From positions 4,712,001 through 4,776,000 of the forward strand of contig JBLDXI010000042.1 of NCBI GenBank assembly GCA_047495785.1: 64,000 nucleotides of DNA, given 5' to 3'. A program made the position numbers and the translations under genes. This stretch comes from Lepidodermella squamata. Lineage: Eukaryota > Animalia > Gastrotricha. The notes beneath the pieces were generated by a model. It was not told where the DNA came from, did not search any database, and worked only from the letters and a program-made list of their open reading frames with translations. How positions within the stretch are numbered: the stretch's first letter is position 1; the number at the start of each line of letters is the position of its first letter. Shown here piece after piece: positions 1 to 11,700 of this stretch.

Positions 1-12
1 CGCAAATTTCAG

Positions 13-3000
13 AACTCGACAAATTGTACGAGGAAAATCCGCGAATTTTTCACAGTTTAGTCGCAACACTAACTGGGCCCCTGCTTGATATCTGCCAAAC
101 AACAACGGCAGGTACTAGTGAGTTGAAGGCCAAGTGTTTAGAAACCCTGCAACGGCTGTTACTAGTCGCGCCTGATTCAGTGTTGGACACTATGATAAAA
201 GCCGCAGATTTGTCGAGTTGTCTCGCTCAGTTCTTAGCCACGCAACATCAAAGTGACCTTCGAGTCGCAGGCCTAGCCCTGCAGATTTGCCATTTGTTAC
301 TACGCAGAAGCCCGGAGTTGTTCGCAAGTCAAGCGATTAAGCAAGGCATTTCACATCAAATCACGCAAACGTTGAATTTCGTGCAAAATTCATCGAGCGC
401 AAACGTCGCAGATTTGAGGACTAGCCATAATGATTCGATTGGTTCGGTTGAAGACCAGGAAACTGAATCGCAAGATCAGGAGACGAAAAAACGGTCTCAG
501 CGATCGAAACAGGCCACCCCGAAAAATAATGAACCATCAACGTCGCGAAATGTTCGTTCTTCAAGCCGCGGTTCGGCTAATTTGGAGGAGGATGAAGCTG
601 CTGGGGCGACGTCTGGTTTCAGGAAATTACGTTCCACCGTAAAATCCGTATTGAGCCGGGGTAATAAGAATTCAGCGGAGAAGCCTGGTACTAGCCAGGT
701 GGGTAGTTCGTCGAGAAACGCGGCGAATTCGCGAAAATCTGACGGTTCACCCAGCTTATCCCGAGGCCGGGGCTCCGGGGCGGGTGCTTCGTCCAGCCAG
801 CGTTCCGGCGGGCAAAATCGGTCGAGTACCGCGGCTCAGAACAACGAAACCGCCCTGGCTGCTTACCACGCTAAATTGCGCAGTTGGATCCAACAATGGG
901 CGAAATTATTCCTCGAAAAGTTGGAGGAAGTCGTGAAAAAGAATGAAGAATCCTCGCCGAATTCGTCGTCTTACTCGGCCCTAAAAGCAGCGGCTAATTC
1001 GCTCATTGCCGGGCAAGAATCGATGAAATCGCTCGCTGAAATTCGCGATTTGATAATGACGCAAGATTTCTCGCTGTTCGAGCTCGGTTCTTCCGGGTTG
1101 ACTGATTCCTTAGTCAAATTTTTGACCTCAGCCCCGGCAGATCACTTGCGGGCTTTTCTCAGAATCTTCGCCGTGCTACCGCCTGGTCTAGAGCTGGCGA
1201 AAGATATCCGACCTCCTGAGTCGTTTCAGCGACAGCCTTTGGGTGAATTGGTATCTAAATTAGTTGGGTGTCTGCAACAAATTGAGCAATTTGAGGTCAA
1301 ATCAGCGATTGTAAGGGACCGCGCTCAGAGTTCGATTTTCGGCTCGTCTGGGCTGATGCCGTCCAGCCTGTTAGCCGCGGCTATGACGTCATCGAGCGGG
1401 GCTAATTCCGGCGCTGCGGCGTTTTCAGTGTCACCCGTCGTTCGGTTTTTCTCGACCTGTTCGCTGAAACTTGAATTGCGGCGGAAAACCAGCCAACAAC
1501 AGGCTCAATCTTCGCGTCTTTCAAACAATGCAGCGACTACGGCAGTCCCGAGTTGCCTGGTTCGCATCGACCCGCTGCTAACCGTCGACGTTTTATCGCG
1601 CTGGATCGTTCAAAAGGGGCTGCATTTGAATTCTGGGCCGTTGTCGTCACTTTCGTCTCAGCGAACTAGCCAACAGCAGCGGAGTCAGCCGAGGGCTAAC
1701 AATGACTCGCAATCTGGCGCTGAAACTTCGTCAGTTTCCGGCGCGGAAGATTTCGATGACGGCGATTCGTCGATTGCTGATTTCTCATCCACCTTAACAG
1801 ATGATGGTGGCATGAGTTCAGGCCCCGAATCGGGCGGCAATGCGCAGGAACCCGCGGCTGGAGCTTCGAGTAGCAGCGGTCTGCGAGGGGCGGAGTCGAA
1901 TGCGGCGAGGTCGAATTCCGGCGTTCAGGTCGAGTTGTTGCTTGATGACACCGTTTTACCACCCGAAATTACGCTATATCAAGCCGTGGCTCAGTTTGGT
2001 CTAGGGTTATCAGACGAGGCCCTATTCAGCCTATCTTCAAGCGATCCGCTATTCCAGCAACCCCACGCGATCAACTTCAGAATCCGAAATTCGACGTCGA
2101 TAAGCGAGGAATCGACTGAAAACACGGCTAAGTCTGGCAAATCAAGTCCGGTTGAGCGGAAATCGCCCGAGCCGAATTCTCTGGGAATTTTGGACGATTT
2201 TCTGCGCAAGCCTGTTGAATCGACAATTGAGTCGCAAGTTGGGCCGATTTTGTCGTTGTTACGAATGCTGTACGGCTTGAATCGCTACTGGTACTCGCTG
2301 TTCGATGTGACGCATATGAATGATGGCGATGGTCATTTTTGGTTCCCGAGCGCCCCGGTTAAGGTCCTGATGGCTGTTGAAGAGTTCATTTCTCCGAAGT
2401 TGAACTTGAAGGCTCAGCGCCAGTTGCGGGATACGTTCGTCCTAGCGACTGGAATTGTGCCGAAATGGCTGCAGCAAATCTGCTCGAACTGGCCGTTTTT
2501 GCTCTCGTATGACGTGCGGCAACAGATTTTCTACCTGACGACGTTCGGTAGGGATCGCGGCATTTTGCGGTTGAACCAACTGGCGAACGCGGCGTCGAAC
2601 AACCCCGCGGCTCAGCAAAGCTCGGCTAATTCTCAACAGGTAATCCATTTTTTTATTCACAATTCCAGCATTTTTGCGAGAGTAAGGTACGAGTTACGAG
2701 TTTCGGGGAGGAATATGTTGGGTAGATCGTTCCAGAAGTTTTAGCAAGCAACGGTAGGGCTATGTCTACTGGAGATGTGTATTTTTCGTCATTGAATCTC
2801 GAACTACAGTGAAAATCATAGCTGGGTACATCTACAAATTAAAAACGGAATGAAATTTCACTAGTTTTTTGGTTAATTTGATTTTTTTTATCGTGACTTA
2901 GGGACACAACGCTAGTGCAGGCGGATCCGGTGCCTTCGGCGGCAGTGCCTCGCTGTCCGCCTCGGACCAAGCCGTTCAGACCTGGCTGTCTCGCATTGTT

Positions 3001-5333
3001 CGCAGCGTCGAGAAACGCCGCTACGAAGTCTCGCGCAGTCAGCTGCTCGCCGATGCTATGCGTGTCCTCAAGCAGTCATCCGCGCCCGCTTTCCGCTCTT
3101 CGATCGTCGAAATCCAGTACAAAAACGAGGTCGGCGTCGGGCTGGGGCCTACCCTGGAATTCTACGCCCTTGTCTCGCGGCAGCTGCAATCGCCCGAGCT
3201 CGATTTGTGGCACGCAATGTCGACCTGCAACCAACCCGGCGCTCATCTCTACCCGAAAAGCCACAACTCCTCGTCCCAAACCAGGACAATTTCACCGATG
3301 GCCGAGCAGCACGGCGGTCAGGTGGAGTTGTTCCGCTTTTTGGGCCAATTTGTCGCGAGGGCAATAGTCGACGGGCGTATGGTGGATTTGAACTTCAACC
3401 CGCTGTTCATCGACCGGCTGCTGACCGCGCATCACCAAAACGAGACATTCCGCCCGCTGCCCACTGATTTGCTGTGGGTTGACAAGACTCTGGGCCGGTC
3501 TGTCGCCCAGTTGGTGAAAATTTCGCGCCACGACTCGCATGAGCATATCAATTCGCACTTGGACGATCTGATGTTGGACTTTGCCGTGCCCGGCCGGCCC
3601 GATGCCGATATTTCCGGTGACAATCCGCAGCATCGCGGCCCGCTGACGGCCGGCAACTTGGGCGCTTATATTTCGGCGCTGTTGGAGTTTTTCCTCGCGT
3701 CGGGCGTGGCTGATTTCCTGGACGCGTTCTGCGATGGGTTTAACACTGTCTTTCCGATTGAGGCGCTGCGGCGCTTCTTCTGCTCGCCTTCAGAAATTGA
3801 GGCCTTCCTGGGCGGCTGCAACGACACGGCGCCGTGGGATGCGCAGTTGCTGCGTGATGCCATCAGGCCCGATCACGGCTATAACCAGGTAAGACTCATT
3901 TTGGGTCCTTCGGCATGGAAAAACGGGGTGACTTCGGCATATCAAAAATTGAATGTGGTAAGGTAAAGAAGATCTCATTGGTGGGATACCGTTGAATAGC
4001 CTGGAGGAAGCGCAATCTGAAAATTGTATATGATTCCATTGGATCCAAGGCCATTTTCATCATCAAATGGGACCAATTTAAGGTGGAAACATCGCTTTGC
4101 AGTGCTTCTCACGAACTTCGTTTGGAAATTTGTCTTAAATCAAGGCTGGAAACGATCAAAATTAATGCCTGAAATTGAATCTGACCATTTTTTGTAATGC
4201 TTTTTTTCATTTGGGCAGGCTTAAGTGGTTCACCAAAATTGTGGGGAGCAAATTTTCCTCATCTGATTTCCTCGAAAAGCCTCATTTTAAGCTTAAAACC
4301 GCTATTTATTTAAAATGTGGTTAATTGCAGGAAGATTTAACCCATTAAAGCCCAGAAATTTCTTGGAGTAAATGTTGTTCATGAAACGTAACGCATTTAT
4401 TCGAATTCCAACCGAAACGTTGGAATTCGAATAAATGCGTTACGTTTCATAAAAAGCCCAGAAAGTTTTCGGAAAATGTTTATATTTTTCTTTCCCTATT
4501 GACACGTGCTTTTCCGATAGAGAACAATTCGGGGATTAAGAATCTGAAAACCGCATATTTTTATCATCTACCGTTATTGAGATGTTCAAGTGTCAAGTTG
4601 TCACGTGACCTTACCTTTTGTCACACCTTGACGATTATCTCAAGAAGGGTGATAGCTAGGAAGCCGCTCTCAAAGAAAAAGTTCATCAGCGTGATGAGAT
4701 CTATCTAGAAATGCATTCAGTTGGGTCATAGGTGATACTTCGTGCAAAATCGATTTTGAGTTTGGTGACAGTCCCAAAAAACGGCTCCTAGCTCATCTCC
4801 AAGCATACGAGACACTGGTTATTTATCCGTTTTCCCCGAATTTATACGATTTCCCAGCGCGGAGATATGCCTTTTAGACACCCTGGGGTTGTAGTCACCC
4901 TTCAGGATTTTTTAAATATAGGGTGGCAGGAAAAGATGCCGTTGGGCTTTAATGGGTTTTAAATTCAGATCTTGAACATTTTGAACCGGTTATTTTCATT
5001 TTTTTCATAATTGAAATTATTTTTCAGGATTCGCCTGTTGTTCACTGGCTCATCGAAACCCTGGTCACGCTCGACTACACTCAGCGCCGGCTGTTCCTGC
5101 AATTCGCAACCGGCACTCCGCGCCTGCCGCTCGGCGGTTTCGCCGCCCTATCCCCGCCGCTCACCGTGGTGCGGCGGGCGCTGGAGCAGTCTGCGAACCC
5201 GGACGACTTCCTGCCCTCGGTCATGACCTGCGCCAATTACCTGAAAATGCCCGAGTACTCGTCGCCGGAAATTCTACGCCGCAAGCTGCTGCTCGCCATC
5301 ACCGACGGCCAGGAGACATTCCACCTGTCCTAG
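13..5333 (+). CDS. TRIP12: HECT E3 ubiquitin ligase, TRIP12/UFD4 family (5' end outside window); exons ~13-2639, 2902-3888, 5028-5333
   Basis: ARM-like N-terminal region; [17 protein letters not shown] and [15 protein letters not shown] (TRIP12/HECTD1-type); HECT start [19 protein letters not shown]; catalytic-Cys segment [17 protein letters not shown]; C-terminal FHLS*. GT-AG junctions keep the frame. Confidence 0.9.
4341..4956. mobile_element. piggyBac-like MITE in a TRIP12 intron
   Basis: 14-bp TIRs CCCATTAAAGCCCA (4341-4354) and TGGGCTTTAATGGG (4943-4956); TTAA on the left, degenerate TTTT(AA) on the right; no ORF. Confidence 0.6.
4381..4450. repeat. Perfect 32-bp inverted repeat (hairpin) with a 6-nt loop
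   Basis: ATGAAACGTAACGCATTTATTCGAATTCCAAC-cgaaac-GTTGGAATTCGAATAAATGCGTTACGTTTCAT. Confidence 0.95.
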
Positions 5334-7630
5334 AAAATGGCTGCAAACCCGACTCGAAAAAATTTATATCAACAAAAGAGGAAAAATATATGAGAAACAA
5401 AATCACATCACTTCATTCTTTCTCCTTGCAAGGAAACTCTCTGTGCACTTTTGGGTATTTAGCTGTGTAGTCTTCAGATAAATTACTAATTATGTGCTGA
5501 TGATGATGATAGAGAAAAAAATCGATTTATGGCGGAGTATCACAATAATTTTTGATAATTATTTGTAGGCCACCGCACTTCAGTTTGGTTGACTAATTTG
5601 GCCCTGGAGAAAATCATAAAAAAATCGAAAAAATTGGGCAATTTTGAAACCGGCTGTTTGCGGCGTCCTGAACTTTCGCGTCGCTTTCAAACTACAAAGT
5701 TCTATATACAAATGTTGAAGCGATCATAAAAAAATAATTTTCGCTTCATATTAATTTGCTAATAAAAAATGAAAATTAGCGCGTTTTTTCTTCTTTCTAA
5801 AAAAATTAGTATGTATCTCATGTTATTATACCTTCTTATATACGCTGTTATATATCGAATAATTAACATTTGTGTTATATATCGACTTGTTTGTTTTCTT
5901 CATATCTTCATCCGCTTTCCTCCTCATCTCGCCCATTCGAAACTGAATATAATATTTCTCTTGGATTGTTGTTGTTGTTCTGTGGAAATTTAAGAAAGGC
6001 ACCATACCGTAAAATCTGCTCGAAAATTTTCCGACCCTCACCTGTAAAAAATGAAAATTTTTGCAATAATAATAATAATAAAATTTTGAGTCACAATTGA
6101 ATTTACAAGGTGAGAATTTTTCTAAAATGATTCACAAATACACGTCTTCTTCCATGATTTTTTTAATTCATTCGTAATCTGCTATCTCTTGTCGTAGGAT
6201 AACCCCTAAATGTTCCCCGTTCCCCAATTTTTCGTTGTTTTTTTCAGCAAATTCAGCTTTATAATAACCTTGCGTTGAAAAACTGGTATGTGGGTGTTTT
6301 GCTTCTTCTTTTTTGCTTGGAAAAATCCTGGAAACTTACCTTTCGTTGGAAGTTCAATCACATTTACGGCTGAATAACCCCTGAATTGTCGACGTGGTCA
6401 ACTATTTGTGCGATTGTGTGGTTTGGTGTGGATGAGGCAGGCTCTGCGTTATAATATGTAGACCGTGTTATATTCAAATATATCGATATATGAAAAATCT
6501 TGAAACTGAGGTATAAATACACAATAAAATAAATTGGCTTGTTCATATTAGCGGTGTTCATTTTGAAATTTCCAAGTGTTGCTGCTTTTATTTGTAGCTG
6601 TCTCCTCCGCTGATTTGGTAACTCATTTTCCGAATTCGAACAAAGCTGTTTTAGTTCGATCGCAATATCACATGATCGGTTTTCATGCCTCCCGATTCAA
6701 CAGACTTCGACTTGGTTCAAACTTTTGCCATTCCATAAACCCAATTTCCAGGAGCTCCTCCTTAACCAGAGGTAGAAACAGAATAACCCCACATTATCAG
6801 GCGTTTCCTCGCCTTTATGAAGCTATCGTTGATCGTTGCTCAAAGTTGCAAAAGGTTAAAATAAAAATAAACCCAAATAAACCTGAAAAATCGAAGGTAG
6901 CAATGTATAACCTGCTTCGATCCACATTTTCGATTGTATTTAATTTTTCGCTTCTCTTCTGGGGAGAAGTCCAAGAAATCGCCCGAAGGCTCATTGAATG
7001 TTCCCACTTGAATCTTTAGTAAAAGGCGAACGTTTTGCGCGGAAACCAGAGTAGTCTAAACGCCTTGGGAGTTTAAGGCGCCATTTTACAGACGTCATCA
7101 GAATAAAATACTATTCACAGACAGGAATAGCACGCTTAAATGCCAAGGCGCTGGCTGAAACCATCATTATTTCTATTATTTTGAGATACGAGCGATTCTT
7201 TGACAGTTCGCTGTATGGTCACCTTACTCCGTCGTGTTGGCAAATAATTCTCACACACAAGTCATTCGGGAAAATTATTTCCTTCAAAAAATTGTCAGCC
7301 TGTTAAACCCCAAACCTATCATAAATTACGTGGGTGCATCATATATTGTTTACTTTTTTCTGGCTAAAAACCCACCAGCTGAGCAATTTTCCACCCAACC
7401 CTTCGTGCTCTCGCGTCATGACGGCAGCAACTCCCAAGCAAAAACTACGAAATTTCTCCCAAAAGCAAAATTTCTCCATCCCTTTCATGTGAACTGTGTG
7501 TGAATAAAATTTTCACAGGTGCCTGCCGCTTAGCAGGCTATAAAAATCGGTTGACTCGCCGAAAAATTTCACAATCTGCCTAACTGCGGTAATATCATCT
7601 CGGTTCGCCTAAGACTGTTTCTCTGTCGCA

Positions 7631-8092
7631 ATGAACAAATTGCTAATCATCATCTTGCTAGCGGTTAGTCTACTTATAACAAATGAATGCTAAATGGCAT
7701 TAAGCAAACGTTTCTTCTTCCAACAGACTGTTGTAGCCGTATAAATGCTGAGCAGGAGGGAGCTCGTGGTCCGCGATTCAATAGATTCGTCAGTAAAGTA
7801 AAGGGAGGTATCAAAAAAGCAGTTGAGTGGGTGAAGACCTCTGGAGATGCCATAAAGGCTGCAGAGAAGGTCAAGGCCTCAGAAGCGGTGAAAACTGGTG
7901 CGAAAGTCTCTGAGAAACCTAAAGAAGCCAAACGCTCTGGCGATGAACCGGTTGAATCGGAACGCACATAGCGCAGCCGACAAAGTCAAGAAAGGTGTCG
8001 ACAAGGTGAAAGATGTTTATAAAAAGGCTGAAAATGCGAACGATAAGGTCAAGGCCGCCGTGGCCACGATTAAAGAGAAAGTTGGTGCGTGA
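7631..8092 (+). pseudogene. Small secreted Lys/Ala/Val-rich amphipathic protein (AMP- or LEA-like), frame-disrupted
   Basis: TATAAAA at ~7539; signal-peptide exon MNKLLIIILLA (7631-7663); GT-AG intron 7664-7726; then helical repeats (FVSKVKGGIKKAVEWVK; ADKVKKGVDKVKDVYKK) split over two frames, with stops. Confidence 0.45.
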
Positions 8093-8724
8093 TCAACGCG
8101 TGAAGATGCTTTTTCGTTCCTTGAAGAGTAAAGAAAATTGAGACTATGCAAGAAAATGGAAGAAAATTCGCACAGTGGTGTGATGTGTGACAATCGAGCA
8201 AGCATTGCGTTCGGGCGAACTATAAATGCATTCTCTTCCGAAACACGCGGCAAGCATTTCGCTAATTCGAGAGATTGCCCTCCTGCCGGCCATCGAACGG
8301 AACTCCCAGGAAATTGTGATTTCGCAAGAAATTAAAATTTCAAGACGGGTCGAGTGGTGACTGGACTTTCTGAGGAATGTTGCCTCCGCTCAAAATCGCA
8401 GAAAAAATATTAAGATATGGGATAGACGGGATTTCAAACAGTGGCTGTGGTCTGCCTGGGTGAAGACGGGGGTTGGTTATGCGGGCCCCGTCTATATAGC
8501 TTGGCGCATGACGATAACCTCTTGCCTGATCCTCTTTCCAAAATAAAACCAGGAATAATCACCAAATTTTTTTATTAATAAATAAAATATTCAGCGAAAA
8601 ATACATAATTTCATCACAGCTGTCGATTGATATTATCACAGTTCATAGTCACCACAACAGAGCAAAAATTTGAAAAAATACAACTCGAGAAATTTTTCTA
8701 TTCTAAAATCACTATCATGCGTCA

Positions 8725-11700
8725 TCATTTCGGGTGAATCATCGTCGTGATTTCGTTCAACGATGACGTCAACGCTTTCTCCAGGCTATCCAAGCCATTT
8801 TCGAGATCGTTAATTCGATTCGTGAGACCGCTCGAATCAACCACCGACTGGTTATGTAGCTGCTGGCTATTCAATTCAGAATTTTCACGCGCTAAACCCG
8901 CAATTCGACTGAGAGCTGATTGCGACGGCTTTGGCCTTTCTCGGACCGACTCTCTAGGCGGCCGATTTCTAGCAATCGAAGTTATGGTAGCTTTCCAATT
9001 CAGCTGCGCACGTTTCGTAGACGCTGATTTGTCTTGATCACGCTTGGCAATCACTAAATTAATTAGAGAAAATTATTAATAATAAATAAATAAATTATTT
9101 ACTTCAAGAAGAAGAAAGAAACTCATGTTTTATTGGAAAAAACACATATGGCAGATAATTAAAATAATTAAAATTAATTAATCATTAATTAACCAAAATT
9201 CAATTTTTTTAATTTTTTTGAAAATTTTCAAGAATTTCAAGAAAAACTTACAATCAAGATTGCGAAGACCAGCGACCCGGTCAACGATGTGCCCGATTGA
9301 TTCGCGAACTGCCTTAATTTGGCCCTCGATAGTCAGCCGATGCGCCTCCATTTGCGTTTTACTCATCGAAACTAGCATTTCACGCTCGAAAATTCGCAGT
9401 TGTTCAATGTGGCTAGCCTCGTACATCGATGACAAATTGTCACGCTTACAGGAGCCGAAAATGCCGTAGGGTGTGAAGTGGAAAATGAACCCGATGGGTG
9501 GCGGCAGCCAATTTTTCATTATGGCCCATTTAGCGACAAGGAAAAAGTTGTACTTCCATACTTGAAGAGAATTTTGCTGAACATCACCATAAACATTGCT
9601 GAAAAAATTTGAAATTTTTAACAATTGAAAATAGATTTTTTTTCAATTTTTTCATAATATTAAAGGCTTTTTAAAAGGTGATCCTTACTTGAGAATGGCG
9701 ATGAGGAGATTGCATAACATAATTTTGGCGACAATAAGATAGGCCGCCAGGGTGATGGGCAATAATTCGAAGTTTTGCGGGCACAGTTGGCCGTAAGAAT
9801 CGAGGCCATAAGCGTAGGTGTCGTTATCGGCGCAGAAATACTCTGACGAAGGGTTGAGGGTCATATCGTACGAGTTCCACAAGTTCCAGAACGGGAAGTA
9901 GATGATGTTGTCGAATGTTTTGTAATTCGCAATTTGATCGCCCCGAAACATTATCGCAGATCTGAGGACCCCAAAAGCAACTATAAAAGGAAGAGGTTAA
10001 GAGATGAACCCGAAATGAATTATTAGGCGTTATTTCTTACCCATGAAAATGATGAGAATTATCAGCCATCGTCCCAATTCGATCAACTGGAAAAATCGGA
10101 AAAATAAAGTTAAATAAAATTGATTCAAAATTCTAAAATTGATTGAAATTAAATTTACCATTTTAATTTAATTGAAACCTAAAATTTAATTTGGGTATAA
10201 AAATTGAGAATTTAGAATTGAGAGTCGCAAAAGAAATATGCAGAGAAAATCCCTAAATAATTCATGAATAATTCCAGTAATTCTAGGGAAAACGGGGGAA
10301 ATCAGAAAAATCCCGGGAATCAAACAGGTTTTCGCAAACATATTTCTCGATTAAAACGCCCCAAGTCTACAAATTTGGAAAAATTACCGAGAATTGCCAA
10401 ATATTCAAACCATTTCGGGACACAGATCAGGGCTAGGGTTATTAAATCATTTGGGAACTTCATTTAAACAATTGAATAAATGGATAAAACTGAGAATTTT
10501 GAATTCTCAAAAAAATTGAAATTTTATTAAAATTATCAAAAAATAAATATTTTAATTTAATTTTACCATCTTGCGAATCATGACCAGCTTCGGCCCAAGC
10601 CACGGATGTACGGAGAAAACGCGAGAAAATCGGCAAATGAGAATGAACAAACAGCTCGCTAGCAACACCTTGCCTCGATAATTCAGCCAGAAATCATTCT
10701 GAGCCGACAACCGACACGCAACGCCCGCAACGTGGAACACGTAGGCCGCTAACGAGGCCGGGTTCCACACGGACCATTTCAACCAGCGCTGGAACTTGCG
10801 CTGCATATTCATACCCTGCATGTGGCCTATCTCGGCCAGCGAATCGACAAACAACGTGAAAGTCCAGCAATAAATCGCAATTTCAACGGGAGACGCATCG
10901 TCGGAGAAATCGAAAATTAACACATAGGTATACATAAGTAGATAGAGCAAATACGACAAGTGCCATAGTAGGAATTTAGTGACTGGAGCTCGGTAGAAAG
11001 CGACTAGTTTTTGCGTAACCGACAACCGCCCGTCCGATTCATCGCCCGGCTTTTCAATGTCAAGCGCCGGGATGATGAAGGGTAGAAATAGCGCGAGAAA
11101 CGTGACCAGCGACCCAGGCTTTATGCCCTGCTTCCACAGGGTGTCCAACGCGTCCTGGCAGCACGTTGTCGATAGGAACGACTGCGTTTGAGCCGACGCG
11201 CCTAGCTCGAGGCAGTTCGACCCGCTGACGATTTCGTACCGCCGTTCGACGAGGATTAACGCGCGTTCGCTGTGCGCCTTGTAAGATTCGTTGCACAGCG
11301 AGCAGGCTAGTTCTTCGAAGTAGTTTTTCGACTCGAGGTAAGAGTTGCGCAGATCCAACTGGTGGCCTTCGCACGTGCCGGCGAGGGCGTGGAAAATTTT
11401 GGCGGCGACCAGAGCTAGGCACAGGCAGTCGTCGGTGCGTTTCCAGAAGAATTCAGCCATTTTGGGGCGGTTTAATAGAACGGCAAAGATGAAGAGTTCG
11501 CGGCAGGGATTGCTCAGGGCGAGGTTGGCTATTTCCGGCGTGAGGCTGAATTCGGATCGAGAGCTCAAGGCATCGAGATTGTACCTGGAAAGAGAGAATA
11601 AAAAAATGAAAATTGAGAAGAAACTCAAGTGAGTGGATATCAATTTGATCTTGGTTTGAAACTAGGCTCAGCTTTCAGAAGGCATCTTGAAACCTCTACA

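Noticed and set aside
7060-7151. 17-bp imperfect inverted repeat
   Set aside because: Too short and has no TSD; could be chance or a very old MITE.
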